Shown: positions 10,321 to 19,292 of the stretch, piece by piece
Layout: each line of letters opens with the position of its first letter
How positions within the stretch are numbered: position 1 is the first letter of the stretch
Virus record (IMG/VR): IMGVR_UViG_3300027213_000005
Coordinates: 1-35,099 of that record
DNA: 35,099 nt
Direction: 5' to 3' (one strand)
Origin: a virus
Taxonomy: Duplodnaviria > Caudoviricetes
Made by a program: the position numbers and the translations under genes
The notes under the pieces: generated by a model
Told to the model about the DNA's origin: nothing
The model's input: the letters and a program-made list of their open reading frames with translations, nothing else
The model's database searches: none

Positions 10321-11274
10321 TTAAGAAATTGTAATATTTGGTATAACTTTCCGACGCATTCTTCGATTTAAAAACCCATTGCGATTGATAATTATCTTAG
10401 GCTCGCCTGTAATTCTTGGTGTTAAAATATTTTCCATAATTCTTCGCAATTCATTGAGTTCCGGTTTGAATGCATTGTAGGCTTGTAAATCTTTTTGCGC
10501 ACCCATAATTTTTAATTCAATGGCTTTTGCAATGTATTTATAGCACTCGTCAGGAAGTAATAATGTGTCTGTTTGGCCAGCAAGCGCAATCCTGTCACCT
10601 GCGATTAATTCTGTTGGGATTGTGTCTGCTGCAAATGTTAATTCATTTGTATTGATACCAAGAATTTGTTTATCAAATCCAAGAATTCTTGGATTGCACC
10701 GTGGGTTTGCTTGAATAAAATCACAGTAAACATCAGCAAGAAATGTGCTTGGCGGATTTGCTGTTAAAGTCACTGTGTTATTGTTAAAATCAACAGATTG
10801 CACAACAGCGACAGCAGAACTTAGTACTAAACTATTGTGCTGAATGGGATAAGTGAAATTTAAATAACCATAAGTTGCATTAGGAGTTGGAACTAAATTA
10901 ATTGTATTACTTGAAAAATAAAACCCCAAAGGGTTTCCTGGTGTTGTCATTTGCACGCCATATGTGTAATCATAAAGCCGCAAATCACGCGTCAAAGTTG
11001 GATTTGTCAATTGGTCTTGAAAAAATAACTCGCGCAACTGTCCGCCAATCGCACGATAAGGCATCGTGTACGATTTTTTATTCGCGACGACTTGTTGCAC
11101 TTCTGTGTAAAGAAGTCTGTCACTATGCAATCGTAAAATCATAGGAATAATGACATCTTGGATTTCTTCGTCAGCCATAGCGAGTAAATCTGTGTCATCA
11201 AAACGAAATGATGACGCAGCAATTGTTTGGTTGCGTTTGATAGATGCTAACAATTCCGCAGTTGAGTAGCTCAT
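10321..11274 (-). CDS. Tail adaptor / tubular protein A-like head-tail connector
   Basis: 317 aa, N-terminal helices then Y.MP.RAIG..LR and INLVPTP motif; directly upstream of nozzle. Confidence 0.65.
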   Translation of the reverse strand: MSYSTAELLASIKRNQTIAASSFRFDDTDLLAMADEEIQDVIIPMILRLHSDRLLYTEVQQVVANKKSYTMPYRAIGGQLRELFFQDQLTNPTLTRDLRLYDYTYGVQMTTPGNPLGFYFSSNTINLVPTPNATYGYLNFTYPIQHNSLVLSSAVAVVQSVDFNNNTVTLTANPPSTFLADVYCDFIQANPRCNPRILGFDKQILGINTNELTFAADTIPTELIAGDRIALAGQTDTLLLPDECYKYIAKAIELKIMGAQKDLQAYNAFKPELNELRRIMENILTPRITGEPKIIINRNGFLNRRMRRKVIPNITIS

Positions 11275-11591
11275 TTTTTCCCTACAACAAATGGCGTTTT
11301 ATTGTCAGACTTTTTCTTTGGCGCCATGGTGATTTGAGTTTTTGAGACAATCATTTGATTTTTCTTGGGTGCAACTTTTTTCTCGTTTTCAGATTGCAAC
11401 CATTTTTCAAAAATTGATGGAACTTTTGGTTCTTCCATTTTGTCTTCTTCTTTATCTTCTTTTGCATCTTCTAATGCTTCTTCGATTGCCGCAACAGGTT
11501 TTACGGCTTTAGAGCCAAAACCTTGCGCCATTTTTGCGTGCATCGAATCAATTAATTTTTCTAAAATTTTTTCTGTTGCATCCGCTGCCAT
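11271..11591 (-). CDS. Hypothetical K/E-rich protein
   Basis: 106 aa, start and stop overlap both neighbours. Confidence 0.7.
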   Translation of the reverse strand: MAADATEKILEKLIDSMHAKMAQGFGSKAVKPVAAIEEALEDAKEDKEEDKMEEPKVPSIFEKWLQSENEKKVAPKKNQMIVSKTQITMAPKKKSDNKTPFVVGKK

Positions 11592-12130
11592 TATACATAA
11601 CCCTCAATTAAAATATTTATGGATCCTGCATCAAACGTATCTGTTCCGTTAACTGTTGTAATTCGTATAACATCTAAGGTGCCAGATAAAGAAGGACTTG
11701 AGCCCGTTCCTATACAAGTAAGTGATCCATCTCCCCGATATAAATTATGAGATAAAGTCCAAGTATTTGCCGTTATTTTGTAAAGAAACAAATTTCCTGT
11801 CAAAGCCGAAGTAGCTACTACGTTAACTGATAACGGAAACCCGGCAGTAGAAGTTGCAGAGGCTACACCAACCCCGCCTACAATTTCTGAAACGCAACTA
11901 AAATACCCAGTTGTAGAGACTGTTGATGCTCCAACTCTAACAATAACTATTGAAGTCCCATTTGTAGAAACACCATTAAACATCACAGTAATTTTTTTTG
12001 CCCAACTTGGTATGCCAGTAAAATCTATTGATGTTCCACTTGTTGTCGCTTTTGCTGTTTCAAGAAACATCAAACTATTTTTAATTCCATCTAATGCAGA
12101 ACCTGTATTGCCGCTTAAAACTAACGTCAT
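11591..12130 (-). CDS. Tail-fibre-associated protein, paralog of 13165-13743
   Basis: T/S/G-rich; TSGTSIDFTGIPSWAKKIT and DTFDAGSINILIEG motifs. Confidence 0.65.
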   Translation of the reverse strand: MTLVLSGNTGSALDGIKNSLMFLETAKATTSGTSIDFTGIPSWAKKITVMFNGVSTNGTSIVIVRVGASTVSTTGYFSCVSEIVGGVGVASATSTAGFPLSVNVVATSALTGNLFLYKITANTWTLSHNLYRGDGSLTCIGTGSSPSLSGTLDVIRITTVNGTDTFDAGSINILIEGYV

Positions 12131-12702
12131 TAGTCAATCCTCACAATTAAATTCCCTAACGGTATTTTGACTTCTGATTCCGGGCCAACAGGATCCGGAG
12201 GTGTTGGTAGGATTGGGTCAGTTGGTAAAACTGGTTCATCAGGCACAACGGGATCTACAGGAATAATTGGTTCAGGAGGTTTTGGTTTTTCTGCTTTCAA
12301 TTCTTTTAATTCGTCTAGTGTCGTTGCCGCGTCTGCAAGTTTTGTAATATCACGCAGCCGCTTTTTTTCTTTGATGATTTCTGATGTATCACCATTAACT
12401 TCTAATGCTTTTAAATATTCAACGTCTTGTGCCGCAAGTAATGGTTTGCGTTCTTCACGCAATCGTTGTTTCGTTATTTTTTTCGCTTTGTCAAAATTAA
12501 TTTCGATTTTTTCGTCACTATTTTCCCACGCACTGCGGAATTCTCGGTCTGTGGGAATTTCTGACACATCAACAATTTTATAGTCAGTATTAGGCGGCAC
12601 ATCTTTAGCAGCGATTTGTTCAATGGTTAAATCGCTGTCAGGTGAGGGAATTATGACTGAAATTCCGCCGTCAGTGTTTGTATAGACAATTCTCTTGGTC
12701 AT
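12130..12702 (-). CDS. Tail fibre assembly chaperone-like protein with Pro-rich C-terminus
   Basis: IAAKDVP..IVD.SEIP.DR.FR.AW and LR.ER.PLL...D, K.RLRDIT motifs; within fibre cassette. Confidence 0.6.
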   Translation of the reverse strand: MTKRIVYTNTDGGISVIIPSPDSDLTIEQIAAKDVPPNTDYKIVDVSEIPTDREFRSAWENSDEKIEINFDKAKKITKQRLREERKPLLAAQDVEYLKALEVNGDTSEIIKEKKRLRDITKLADAATTLDELKELKAEKPKPPEPIIPVDPVVPDEPVLPTDPILPTPPDPVGPESEVKIPLGNLIVRID

Positions 12703-12718
12703 AAATTCAACCTATTTA

Positions 12719-13165
12719 TTAGCGTAAAATAGATACGTTTAAATAAACTTCATCGGAGACCGTTCCGTTTAATGACGTCCCGACTTGACACGTTGTAGTT
12801 GTATAAGCATACGTTTTAAATGTGATATCAGCGCCGCCATAACTAGTACCCGCACAACCTACTGCCGCAAAATTTGCATCCGGCAACGCATTAGTAAAAT
12901 TTATTGTATAAAGTCCAACGTTATTATCTGTAATACTAGACACGTTAGCACTTGCACGAATTGCAACGGTGCCCGTGCCATTAAAATTTACCCACGCACG
13001 ACATCCATAAGCCGTTGCTACGGATCCATATCCGGAATTAAATTGCAAATTGCCGGAATTGACAGACAGGGCATCTGTTCCGTTATTTCGTAACGTAACA
13101 ATTCCTGATGTGTCCGATGCAATTTCTAAACCCGTTGTTGTTGAAGCATTGAGTGTAACAGCCAT
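12719..13165 (-). CDS. Tail-fibre-associated protein
   Basis: CRAWVNFNGTG...NVSSITD..G.YTINF motif typical of phage fibre distal domains. Confidence 0.65.
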   Translation of the reverse strand: MAVTLNASTTTGLEIASDTSGIVTLRNNGTDALSVNSGNLQFNSGYGSVATAYGCRAWVNFNGTGTVAIRASANVSSITDNNVGLYTINFTNALPDANFAAVGCAGTSYGGADITFKTYAYTTTTCQVGTSLNGTVSDEVYLNVSILR

Positions 13166-13743
13166 CAGTTGCCCTCAATTAAAATGTTTACAGAGCCAGC
13201 ATCAAAAGTATCTGTGCTTGTAGTCGTAATTCTCAAGCGATCAACTGTTGCGGCCGTAGTTTTAACTCCAGAATTAATCGTCATTTGCGAAGTGTTTTGT
13301 CTTGTAAGACCATTTGAAACCCATAAATTTGATCCAAGCGTGATTATTGCTAAATGACCAGTTGTATTTGTGCCTGAGTTATTGCTAAATATTATAAACC
13401 CATTTGTTGCACTTGTACCTGTTGTAGACGACGATTGAGTTAGGTAAGTGGTTGTAGACAAGTAACCTGTTGTTTCATAACCTGACGTCGTTCCCAATTG
13501 AATTAAAAGTTGCGCAGAGGCACTTAAAGAAACTTCATTGAACACAACAGTAATTTTTTTAGCCCACGACGGAATATTTAAAAAATCTTTAGATGTACCA
13601 CTTGTCGTTGCCTGAGCTGTTTCAAGTTTTAATAATTGAATTGTCCCTGTTGCGGCTGGCAATTCTAAATTATTTGTTCCAGCAATTGCGGGCGTGTCTA
13701 GTGTGACCTGTCCGCTTGTTGCACCTTTTAAAATTATTGGCAT
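13165..13743 (-). CDS. Tail-fibre-associated protein, paralog of 11591-12130
   Basis: N-terminal LKGATSGQVTL..PAIAG...LPAATGT; IPSWAKKIT; DTFDAGSVNILIEG. Confidence 0.65.
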   Translation of the reverse strand: MPIILKGATSGQVTLDTPAIAGTNNLELPAATGTIQLLKLETAQATTSGTSKDFLNIPSWAKKITVVFNEVSLSASAQLLIQLGTTSGYETTGYLSTTTYLTQSSSTTGTSATNGFIIFSNNSGTNTTGHLAIITLGSNLWVSNGLTRQNTSQMTINSGVKTTAATVDRLRITTTSTDTFDAGSVNILIEGN

Positions 13744-13750
13744 AAATTCC

Positions 13751-15214
13751 TCACAAAATAACCCAACGAGAATTGCTTGGGACAGTAACAGTAATCCCAG
13801 AATTAATCGTAATTGTTCCTGTACTCATTGCGTTGTTATTTGTTGTGATTGTGTAATTTGTCGTGACAGTTTGGCCATTTTCGTAAAATATTGCGTCACT
13901 GGCACCGCCTGTGGCACCGCCAATTGATGAAAGACTTGTGCCGTTATCGACAAATAATCTTTTCGCATCCGAGGCAAAAAGAATGGTGCCTTCTTTGCGT
14001 GTGAGACTATTTAAAGTTGACAGAGAAGCTTTAGGAGTTGTGATGCGCGAGGTGTCTGTTGCGGTGCCGCCATCAATATCTTTATTTGTAATTGTTTGAC
14101 TTGTAGTTGTGCCCACTGCCGTAAAGTTTGCATCGGGTAACGTAACAGTTCGCGTTGTGCCTGTTGTAATTCCCGCAACGTTAAATTGTAATTTTTTTGT
14201 TGCATCTGAATTATCAGTAATAAACGTTGTGGATGATTCTAATGATTTATTTTGTAATGTTTCAGCATTGGAACGACCAGCCAGGGTAATCGTGGCATCC
14301 GGTAATGTGAACGTTCGCGTTGTGCTGGTCGTTATTTGAGATGTGTCAAATTTTGCAGCTTTCGTCAAGTCAACTTGATTGATAATTGTCGTTGAACTGT
14401 CAACCAATGATTTATTCGAAACTGTTTGCGTCGCTGATGTGCCGACAATTGTTGAGTCGGAATCAGGAAATGCAAACGTGCGCGTGGTTGCAGTTGTAAT
14501 TCCGCTCACATCAAATGTAATTTTTTTTGAATTGTCCGCGTTACTGATGACAAATGTGGAATTATCAACCAAAGATTTGTTTGATAGTGTTTGGGTTGTT
14601 GCTGTTCCAACAATTGTCAAGTCAGCATCGGGAAATGATACAACGCGCGTAGTGGCGGTTGTGAGACCATTTAATTGAAATTGAATTCTCTTAGTGTTGT
14701 CTGCATTATTGATAAAATAATTGCTATTATCCACTAAAGATTTATTAGTGAGTGTATCCACAGACGAGGGAGTAATTGGCACATCACCACTTGCGATTGT
14801 ATTTGAAATTAATTTCCAATCGCCTTGATAAAAAACAATTATAACTTTCTGTTTATTATTACTAATAACAAAAGAACTTGTACCATTAATAGTATTAGTT
14901 CCATTAGGTGTGAGGGTAATATTATTTGTTGCAGCATTGCCCGACTCATCGCCAATAAAAAAGATTTGATTTGCAACACCTGCTGGTAAATTAACAGTTG
15001 CAGCGCCTGCGTAATTAATCCCCACAACACAATCTGTCGCAGCACTCACAACTGTAGTCGCAACTGTTGAAATTCGAGTTGCTAGAAATTGTTTATTTGT
15101 TGTTTGCGCATTGCTTGCTAAATCAACGAGAAAATCTGTAAGCGACATCCAACCCGTTTCGCCTGATTCAGGAATACTATAATTTGTATTGTTCCAGGTG
15201 CGTTGTATGCTCAT
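13751..15214 (-). CDS. Tail fibre protein with four 55-aa repeats
   Basis: T-rich; TL.NKSL...TTR...PD repeats; C-terminal GGATGG..D.IFYEN.QTVTTNYT module. Confidence 0.8.
   Translation of the reverse strand: MSIQRTWNNTNYSIPESGETGWMSLTDFLVDLASNAQTTNKQFLATRISTVATTVVSAATDCVVGINYAGAATVNLPAGVANQIFFIGDESGNAATNNITLTPNGTNTINGTSSFVISNNKQKVIIVFYQGDWKLISNTIASGDVPITPSSVDTLTNKSLVDNSNYFINNADNTKRIQFQLNGLTTATTRVVSFPDADLTIVGTATTQTLSNKSLVDNSTFVISNADNSKKITFDVSGITTATTRTFAFPDSDSTIVGTSATQTVSNKSLVDSSTTIINQVDLTKAAKFDTSQITTSTTRTFTLPDATITLAGRSNAETLQNKSLESSTTFITDNSDATKKLQFNVAGITTGTTRTVTLPDANFTAVGTTTSQTITNKDIDGGTATDTSRITTPKASLSTLNSLTRKEGTILFASDAKRLFVDNGTSLSSIGGATGGASDAIFYENGQTVTTNYTITTNNNAMSTGTITINSGITVTVPSNSRWVIL
14096..14755 (-). 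repeat. Four degenerate 165-bp (55-aa) coding repeats
   Basis: TLTNK/TLSNK/TVSNK/TLQNK/TITNK recur exactly every 55 residues. Confidence 0.9.
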
Positions 15215-15612
15215 TTAGTTATTCCTTTTATTTTTTCAAAAGTTCTTAGGCCGCCAAGGCCAAGCATACCTAAAAGTACTGGCAAAATCTCATCAATTTT
15301 AAACACGGGCAATGCTGTAATTTGTTTATCAAACAAAGTTAAGATAAAAATAAATAACGGTTGAAGTAAATAGTTATATCCAAAAATTAAACCACAAATC
15401 CACATGATACAAGGACGTGCTCCACTAATAAACACGTTGTCGTTTGTAGATTGTGCTTGGTTAATTTCCATTTGTTTAAAATCCGCTTCTTGAGCAAGTT
15501 TTATGAGTTCCGCCTGTGCCTTTTGCGCATCTTCAGCATTGGGAAATATCTTTTCAATAATTGTTGAGATAAGCGGGAAAAGTACAGGCGGCAGACTCAT
15601 GATAGACCTCAA
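15211..15612 (-). CDS. Holin (3TM / GTA-holin-like family)
   Basis: F.SGARP.IMWICG and LLGMLGLGGLRTFEK.KG signatures, hydrophobic segments. Confidence 0.85.
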   Translation of the reverse strand: MRSIMSLPPVLFPLISTIIEKIFPNAEDAQKAQAELIKLAQEADFKQMEINQAQSTNDNVFISGARPCIMWICGLIFGYNYLLQPLFIFILTLFDKQITALPVFKIDEILPVLLGMLGLGGLRTFEKIKGITK

Positions 15613-15614
15613 AA

Positions 15615-16961
15615 TTAAGAAGCGGCTTCGTCATTAATTCCTTCCAACAATCCGTTTTTTGCTGGGGAACGGCAGAACATATAAACATCACCGTAAGTAT
15701 GGAACACATACGCACCTTGGTCTTGAAGTTGAAAGATTAGTTTTTCTTCAGGCATACCCTCAATTTGTGTTGCAATATCCTGTGAACCGCTGCACATCCA
15801 CTCGTCAGTTTTCAGTAACAGACTATCACCTTCCATAATGTAACGATGACCAATTATTTCTAAGTCACCCTCTGCATATGCAAAGCGAATTGCCTTGCCG
15901 CCATTGACAATTTCTGATTTATTGTACGAGTAGTCATACTGACGCGCTGCCAGTTCGCTTGCCACAATGTTATGAAATGTGCGTGGGTTTACATACACTT
16001 TTAAATCACCGGAAAGACCGCCAGCATTGACCATGTCAGCAACAAATGATTCTAATTTTGCAAATGTAAGCTTGCCAGTGATAGTGCCAACATTTCCTTT
16101 CCACAATGGATACGTCGCAGCATTAATGTTAAAAAGTGTGCCGGTATTTTTGAGAATCTTTTTTATGCCTACCATCTCATTTGACACTTCCATTCCCTCA
16201 AATGCGAGAATGTGAGAGCCTGAACTTGAGGCAGCGACTGGTGTAAAGTCAACTTTTAAAATTCCAAGTGCAGAATCAGCACTAATGAGTTTTCCTTCTG
16301 CGACAACGCTTAAGTTTGAAGCGAGGAGTTGCTTGACTTTGACACCTTGCATGCCAACCCAAATTCCTGACGCAAAATCACCAGCATTTAATAGAATGTA
16401 ATTATTGCCACTGCTACTCAACACACCAGCGGTAAATGTAAGCGAGCCGTAAAGGGAACTGGTCAAAGTTCCGCCACCATTTGTAAATGATGCCCCGCGG
16501 TAAGTTGCTGTCATATAAGCAACGCGGCCAAGAAGTTTGGTGGTGTTTTGTCCGTGAATTTTGACAATTTCTTGAAAGCGTTTGTGAGAGAGCATGTTGT
16601 TCCTAACAACGTGTTTCGTTGCTTCAACAAACGCTGCGTCATTGCCAAGCGACCTACTAATTGATTGCCAAGGAATGACAGAACGTAACACAGAAATTGA
16701 GGGTGAAATTTCACTTTGACGGATTGCACCGGCGATTGCTGGGTTGATATTAAACACCTCACCGCCGGAACCGGCAAATGTGATCCCGACTTCGGAACCC
16801 AGCACGATGGCTTCAATATATTTATCACCCACACGGCCTTTTTTTGTGTAAGCAACTTCTTTGTTGATTAATAAGTCGTCCATCGGCAATGCGGAAGTGT
16901 TCATTTGCCCATAGACGTCTTTAAAGATTTTAATGACTGACGAGCTACTTGTTTGTGACAT
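15615..16961 (-). CDS. Major capsid protein
   Basis: 448 aa after scaffold; IFKDVYG N-terminus, GTLFNINAATYPLWKG, VYVNP.T segments. Confidence 0.8.
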   Translation of the reverse strand: MSQTSSSSVIKIFKDVYGQMNTSALPMDDLLINKEVAYTKKGRVGDKYIEAIVLGSEVGITFAGSGGEVFNINPAIAGAIRQSEISPSISVLRSVIPWQSISRSLGNDAAFVEATKHVVRNNMLSHKRFQEIVKIHGQNTTKLLGRVAYMTATYRGASFTNGGGTLTSSLYGSLTFTAGVLSSSGNNYILLNAGDFASGIWVGMQGVKVKQLLASNLSVVAEGKLISADSALGILKVDFTPVAASSSGSHILAFEGMEVSNEMVGIKKILKNTGTLFNINAATYPLWKGNVGTITGKLTFAKLESFVADMVNAGGLSGDLKVYVNPRTFHNIVASELAARQYDYSYNKSEIVNGGKAIRFAYAEGDLEIIGHRYIMEGDSLLLKTDEWMCSGSQDIATQIEGMPEEKLIFQLQDQGAYVFHTYGDVYMFCRSPAKNGLLEGINDEAAS

Positions 16962-16974
16962 AATTTAATCCTTT

Positions 16975-17484
16975 TTAAGCTTGTATAAAGTCAATTGTGA
17001 TGAGGATGGTACCAGCGGTAACGGAATCCAAGTTGCCCGCTGAAAAGCGCCCGTAAATGTTTCCTGCGGGTGACACAGAAATTTTTGACGTTGCCGCATC
17101 GGGTAGTGCTGTGGTTGCGACACCCTCACCGACTACATACGCAATTGAGTTTGCGGGTGTTCCGCCTGTAGTTTGAATGGTCTCAATGCGTGCGCCAAGA
17201 ACTGCTTTTGCACTATTGTGTGCAATAATAAAGCCAAAATAATTCGAGCCCATCGCAGTTGAACCAAAACTTGTCGCAACAACGACATCATTTACTGTGC
17301 CAAGCATATTGTCTGTTGCTGTCTGATTAAAATCTCCGGTGTCAAATCCAAACAGCACCGGTGCACCCTGTAATGCAATTTGCGCAGCGGTTTTTGCTGC
17401 AGAGATTGTGAATTTTAAAGTGAGTGTGTCCACTTGCGATTTTTGCAAGCGCTCGTCAGGTATGACTTTAGTATGAGTTGCCAT
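16975..17484 (-). CDS. Putative capsid decoration / minor head protein
   Basis: 169 aa A/T/G-rich beta protein between scaffold and capsid genes. Confidence 0.45.
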   Translation of the reverse strand: MATHTKVIPDERLQKSQVDTLTLKFTISAAKTAAQIALQGAPVLFGFDTGDFNQTATDNMLGTVNDVVVATSFGSTAMGSNYFGFIIAHNSAKAVLGARIETIQTTGGTPANSIAYVVGEGVATTALPDAATSKISVSPAGNIYGRFSAGNLDSVTAGTILITIDFIQA

Positions 17485-18305
17485 CAGTAACCTCTTTTAA
17501 AGAATTGTTCTAAATTTGATGATACTTTTTCAGATTTTGGCGGAGTTTTTGTCTTCAATGATGGTATTTTTGCGCCTTGTTTTTTGGCCATATACGTCTC
17601 AACAAATTTCTCTGCGTATTTTTCTGGGAGGAGTTCTAGGAACTTTTCCGGGTTTTGCTCTGTCCATGCTGCAAGTCGATTTTGAAACGAATTTTTGCTA
17701 CGTGTTAAAGCGTCTTTTACCGGCAATCGTTGTTTGCTTGCTTTGTATTCTGCAAGCATTTGCTCTGCAACGTCAGCGACCATCTCAACCGTGGGTTTTG
17801 TGATTCCCATTTCTGCAAACGTTGCTGCAAACTCGTCATCAAGAGATTTTGCAATAATTGCTTCTTGCTGTGCGAGCTGTTGTTGTTTTTGACTTGATTC
17901 AAAATCATCACGCCACTTTTTAAGCTCTTTCAATTCTCTGGCTTCAGGGGAAAGTTGTTGCTCTTCTTGCTGTGCCCGAATTCGCTCAAGTAGTCGTGAT
18001 TCGTAATATTCGTAGGGGTTAATGCCGAGTTGCTCTAAAAGCAATTCCGGATTTTCCTTAACTTGTCCTACAAATTGTTCAATTTGTTTTTTTAATTCTG
18101 CTGCTTCCTTAAACCGTTTATCAGCGCTAACGCCTTTTTGGTAGTTGGAGATCAATTCAGTTTCAGGAACTTCAAGTTCACTCCCATCAACTTTCACGCG
18201 AAACTTTTTAGTTTCGGCAGTGGTTGATGGAGTTTCTGCAACATTATTATTTTCTGTACCAACGGACTCTGCCGCTGGTGCTTGGTTAGTATCAGTCATG
18301 ATCAT
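17484..18305 (-). CDS. Capsid scaffolding protein
   Basis: Acidic disordered N-terminus, VKVDGSELEV...EL...YQK...ADKRF.EAA motif, coiled coil. Confidence 0.8.
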   Translation of the reverse strand: MIMTDTNQAPAAESVGTENNNVAETPSTTAETKKFRVKVDGSELEVPETELISNYQKGVSADKRFKEAAELKKQIEQFVGQVKENPELLLEQLGINPYEYYESRLLERIRAQQEEQQLSPEARELKELKKWRDDFESSQKQQQLAQQEAIIAKSLDDEFAATFAEMGITKPTVEMVADVAEQMLAEYKASKQRLPVKDALTRSKNSFQNRLAAWTEQNPEKFLELLPEKYAEKFVETYMAKKQGAKIPSLKTKTPPKSEKVSSNLEQFFKRGY

Positions 18306-18367
18306 CCTTTGTTTGGGTAGAAATAACTTATATATATTATTGTTACAAAGCCCAAAATTTTATTTTC

Positions 18368-18388
18368 AAAAGATGAGAAAAAGATGAC
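18368..18388 (+). repeat. Direct repeat copy 1 AAAAGATGAGAAAAAGATGAC
   Basis: 20/21 match to 21137-21157; partial copy at 21081-21095. Confidence 0.75.
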
Positions 18389-18416
18389 TCGTGGTTTGAC
18401 GAGAGCAAAATAATAA

Positions 18417-18433
18417 TAGTAAAAACTTTACTA
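18417..18433. promoter_or_regulatory. Palindromic operator candidate TAGTAAA-AAC-TTTACTA upstream of the TA operon
   Basis: Perfect 7-bp arms between a TTGACG hexamer (18396-18401) and the toxin RBS. Confidence 0.6.
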
Positions 18434-18444
18434 AAGGGGGTTGG

Positions 18445-18723
18445 ATGGATATATTAATTATTGAGTCAAAAACTTTTAGTAAGCAGATAGCAAAAGCGGA
18501 CAAATACGTTCAGGCTCGGTACATGACTTGGTTTAGATCTATTAAAGTTATCGGATTAGATGCTGTACAACGGCAAATCCCATGGCGCGACCATGAACTT
18601 ATTGGCGACCGGAAAGGCCAAAGGTCAGTAAAACTTGGCGGAAAATGGCGCGTTATTTACACAGTTACCAACAACGAAATTGAAATTATTGAAGTAAAGG
18701 AGTTAATACCTCATGACTATTAA
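18445..18723 (+). CDS. RelE/HigB-superfamily mRNA interferase toxin
   Basis: 92 aa; DHELIGDRKGQRSVKL..KWRVIY and terminal HDY; toxin-first order. Confidence 0.85.
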   Translation: MDILIIESKTFSKQIAKADKYVQARYMTWFRSIKVIGLDAVQRQIPWRDHELIGDRKGQRSVKLGGKWRVIYTVTNNEIEIIEVKELIPHDY

Positions 18724-19024
18724 TCTAGCAGGTGAATCAATTCGAGATTTTATAGAAACTCTAAATTTTGGGGAATATATCAGATTAATTAGAGAGTCAG
18801 ATAAAATCACACAGCGCGAGCTTGCCAAAAGAGTAGGCTGCAAGCCGCAATACATCAACGCAATTGAGCATGGAAGAGAGAAATCAAGTATTGAATTTGC
18901 AAATCGAATTGCTGACGCGTTGGGCTACTCTGTAGCACCATTTGCTGAAATTTTAATGCAAGAGCAACTTAAAAGTTTAGACCCATTATTGCAAATTCAG
19001 ATTACAAGAAGAGCTCATTTATGA
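18713..19024 (+). CDS. XRE-family HTH antitoxin (HigA-like)
   Basis: ITQRELAKRVGCKPQYINAIEHG HTH; overlaps toxin stop. Confidence 0.85.
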   Translation: MTINLAGESIRDFIETLNFGEYIRLIRESDKITQRELAKRVGCKPQYINAIEHGREKSSIEFANRIADALGYSVAPFAEILMQEQLKSLDPLLQIQITRRAHL

Positions 19025-19251
19025 CACAAATTGGATTTGAGAACGAAGAGATCTCTGTTGACTTTCCCGTTTGGGTTATTGATAAAATCACGGAAGAAGC
19101 AAAACGTATTGGTAACTCACGGGAAGAACTTATACGCCAACTTCTTATTAAATTTATAGATGACAAAGAAAAATTTGAATTTGAGAAAAGAAAATTTGAT
19201 GCAACTCAAACTGAACAATCTAAAGAACAGAACACCGAGGGCAATAGGTAG
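19021..19251 (+). CDS. CopG/ribbon-helix-helix protein (BrnA-antitoxin-like)
   Basis: ISVDFPVWVIDKITEEAKRIGNSREELIR; ATGA overlap with HTH gene. Confidence 0.7.
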   Translation: MTQIGFENEEISVDFPVWVIDKITEEAKRIGNSREELIRQLLIKFIDDKEKFEFEKRKFDATQTEQSKEQNTEGNR

Positions 19252-19261
19252 GTGAAACCTC

Positions 19262-19292
19262 GATGCTCAAAAAGCATCTTACTCAATTTTTT
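19262..19292 (+). terminator. Possible weak intrinsic terminator of the TA operon
   Basis: GATGCT-CAAAA-AGCATC hairpin followed by interrupted T-rich tract. Confidence 0.3.

Noticed and set aside
11591-13743. Diversity-generating retroelement or invertible fibre switch
   Set aside because: No reverse transcriptase; paralogs differ at all base types and lie in the same orientation; resolvase is over 6 kb away with no flanking inverted sites seen
626-18387. Numerous short plus-strand and off-frame ORFs over the virion operon
   Set aside because: Shadow ORFs of long, well-supported minus-strand genes
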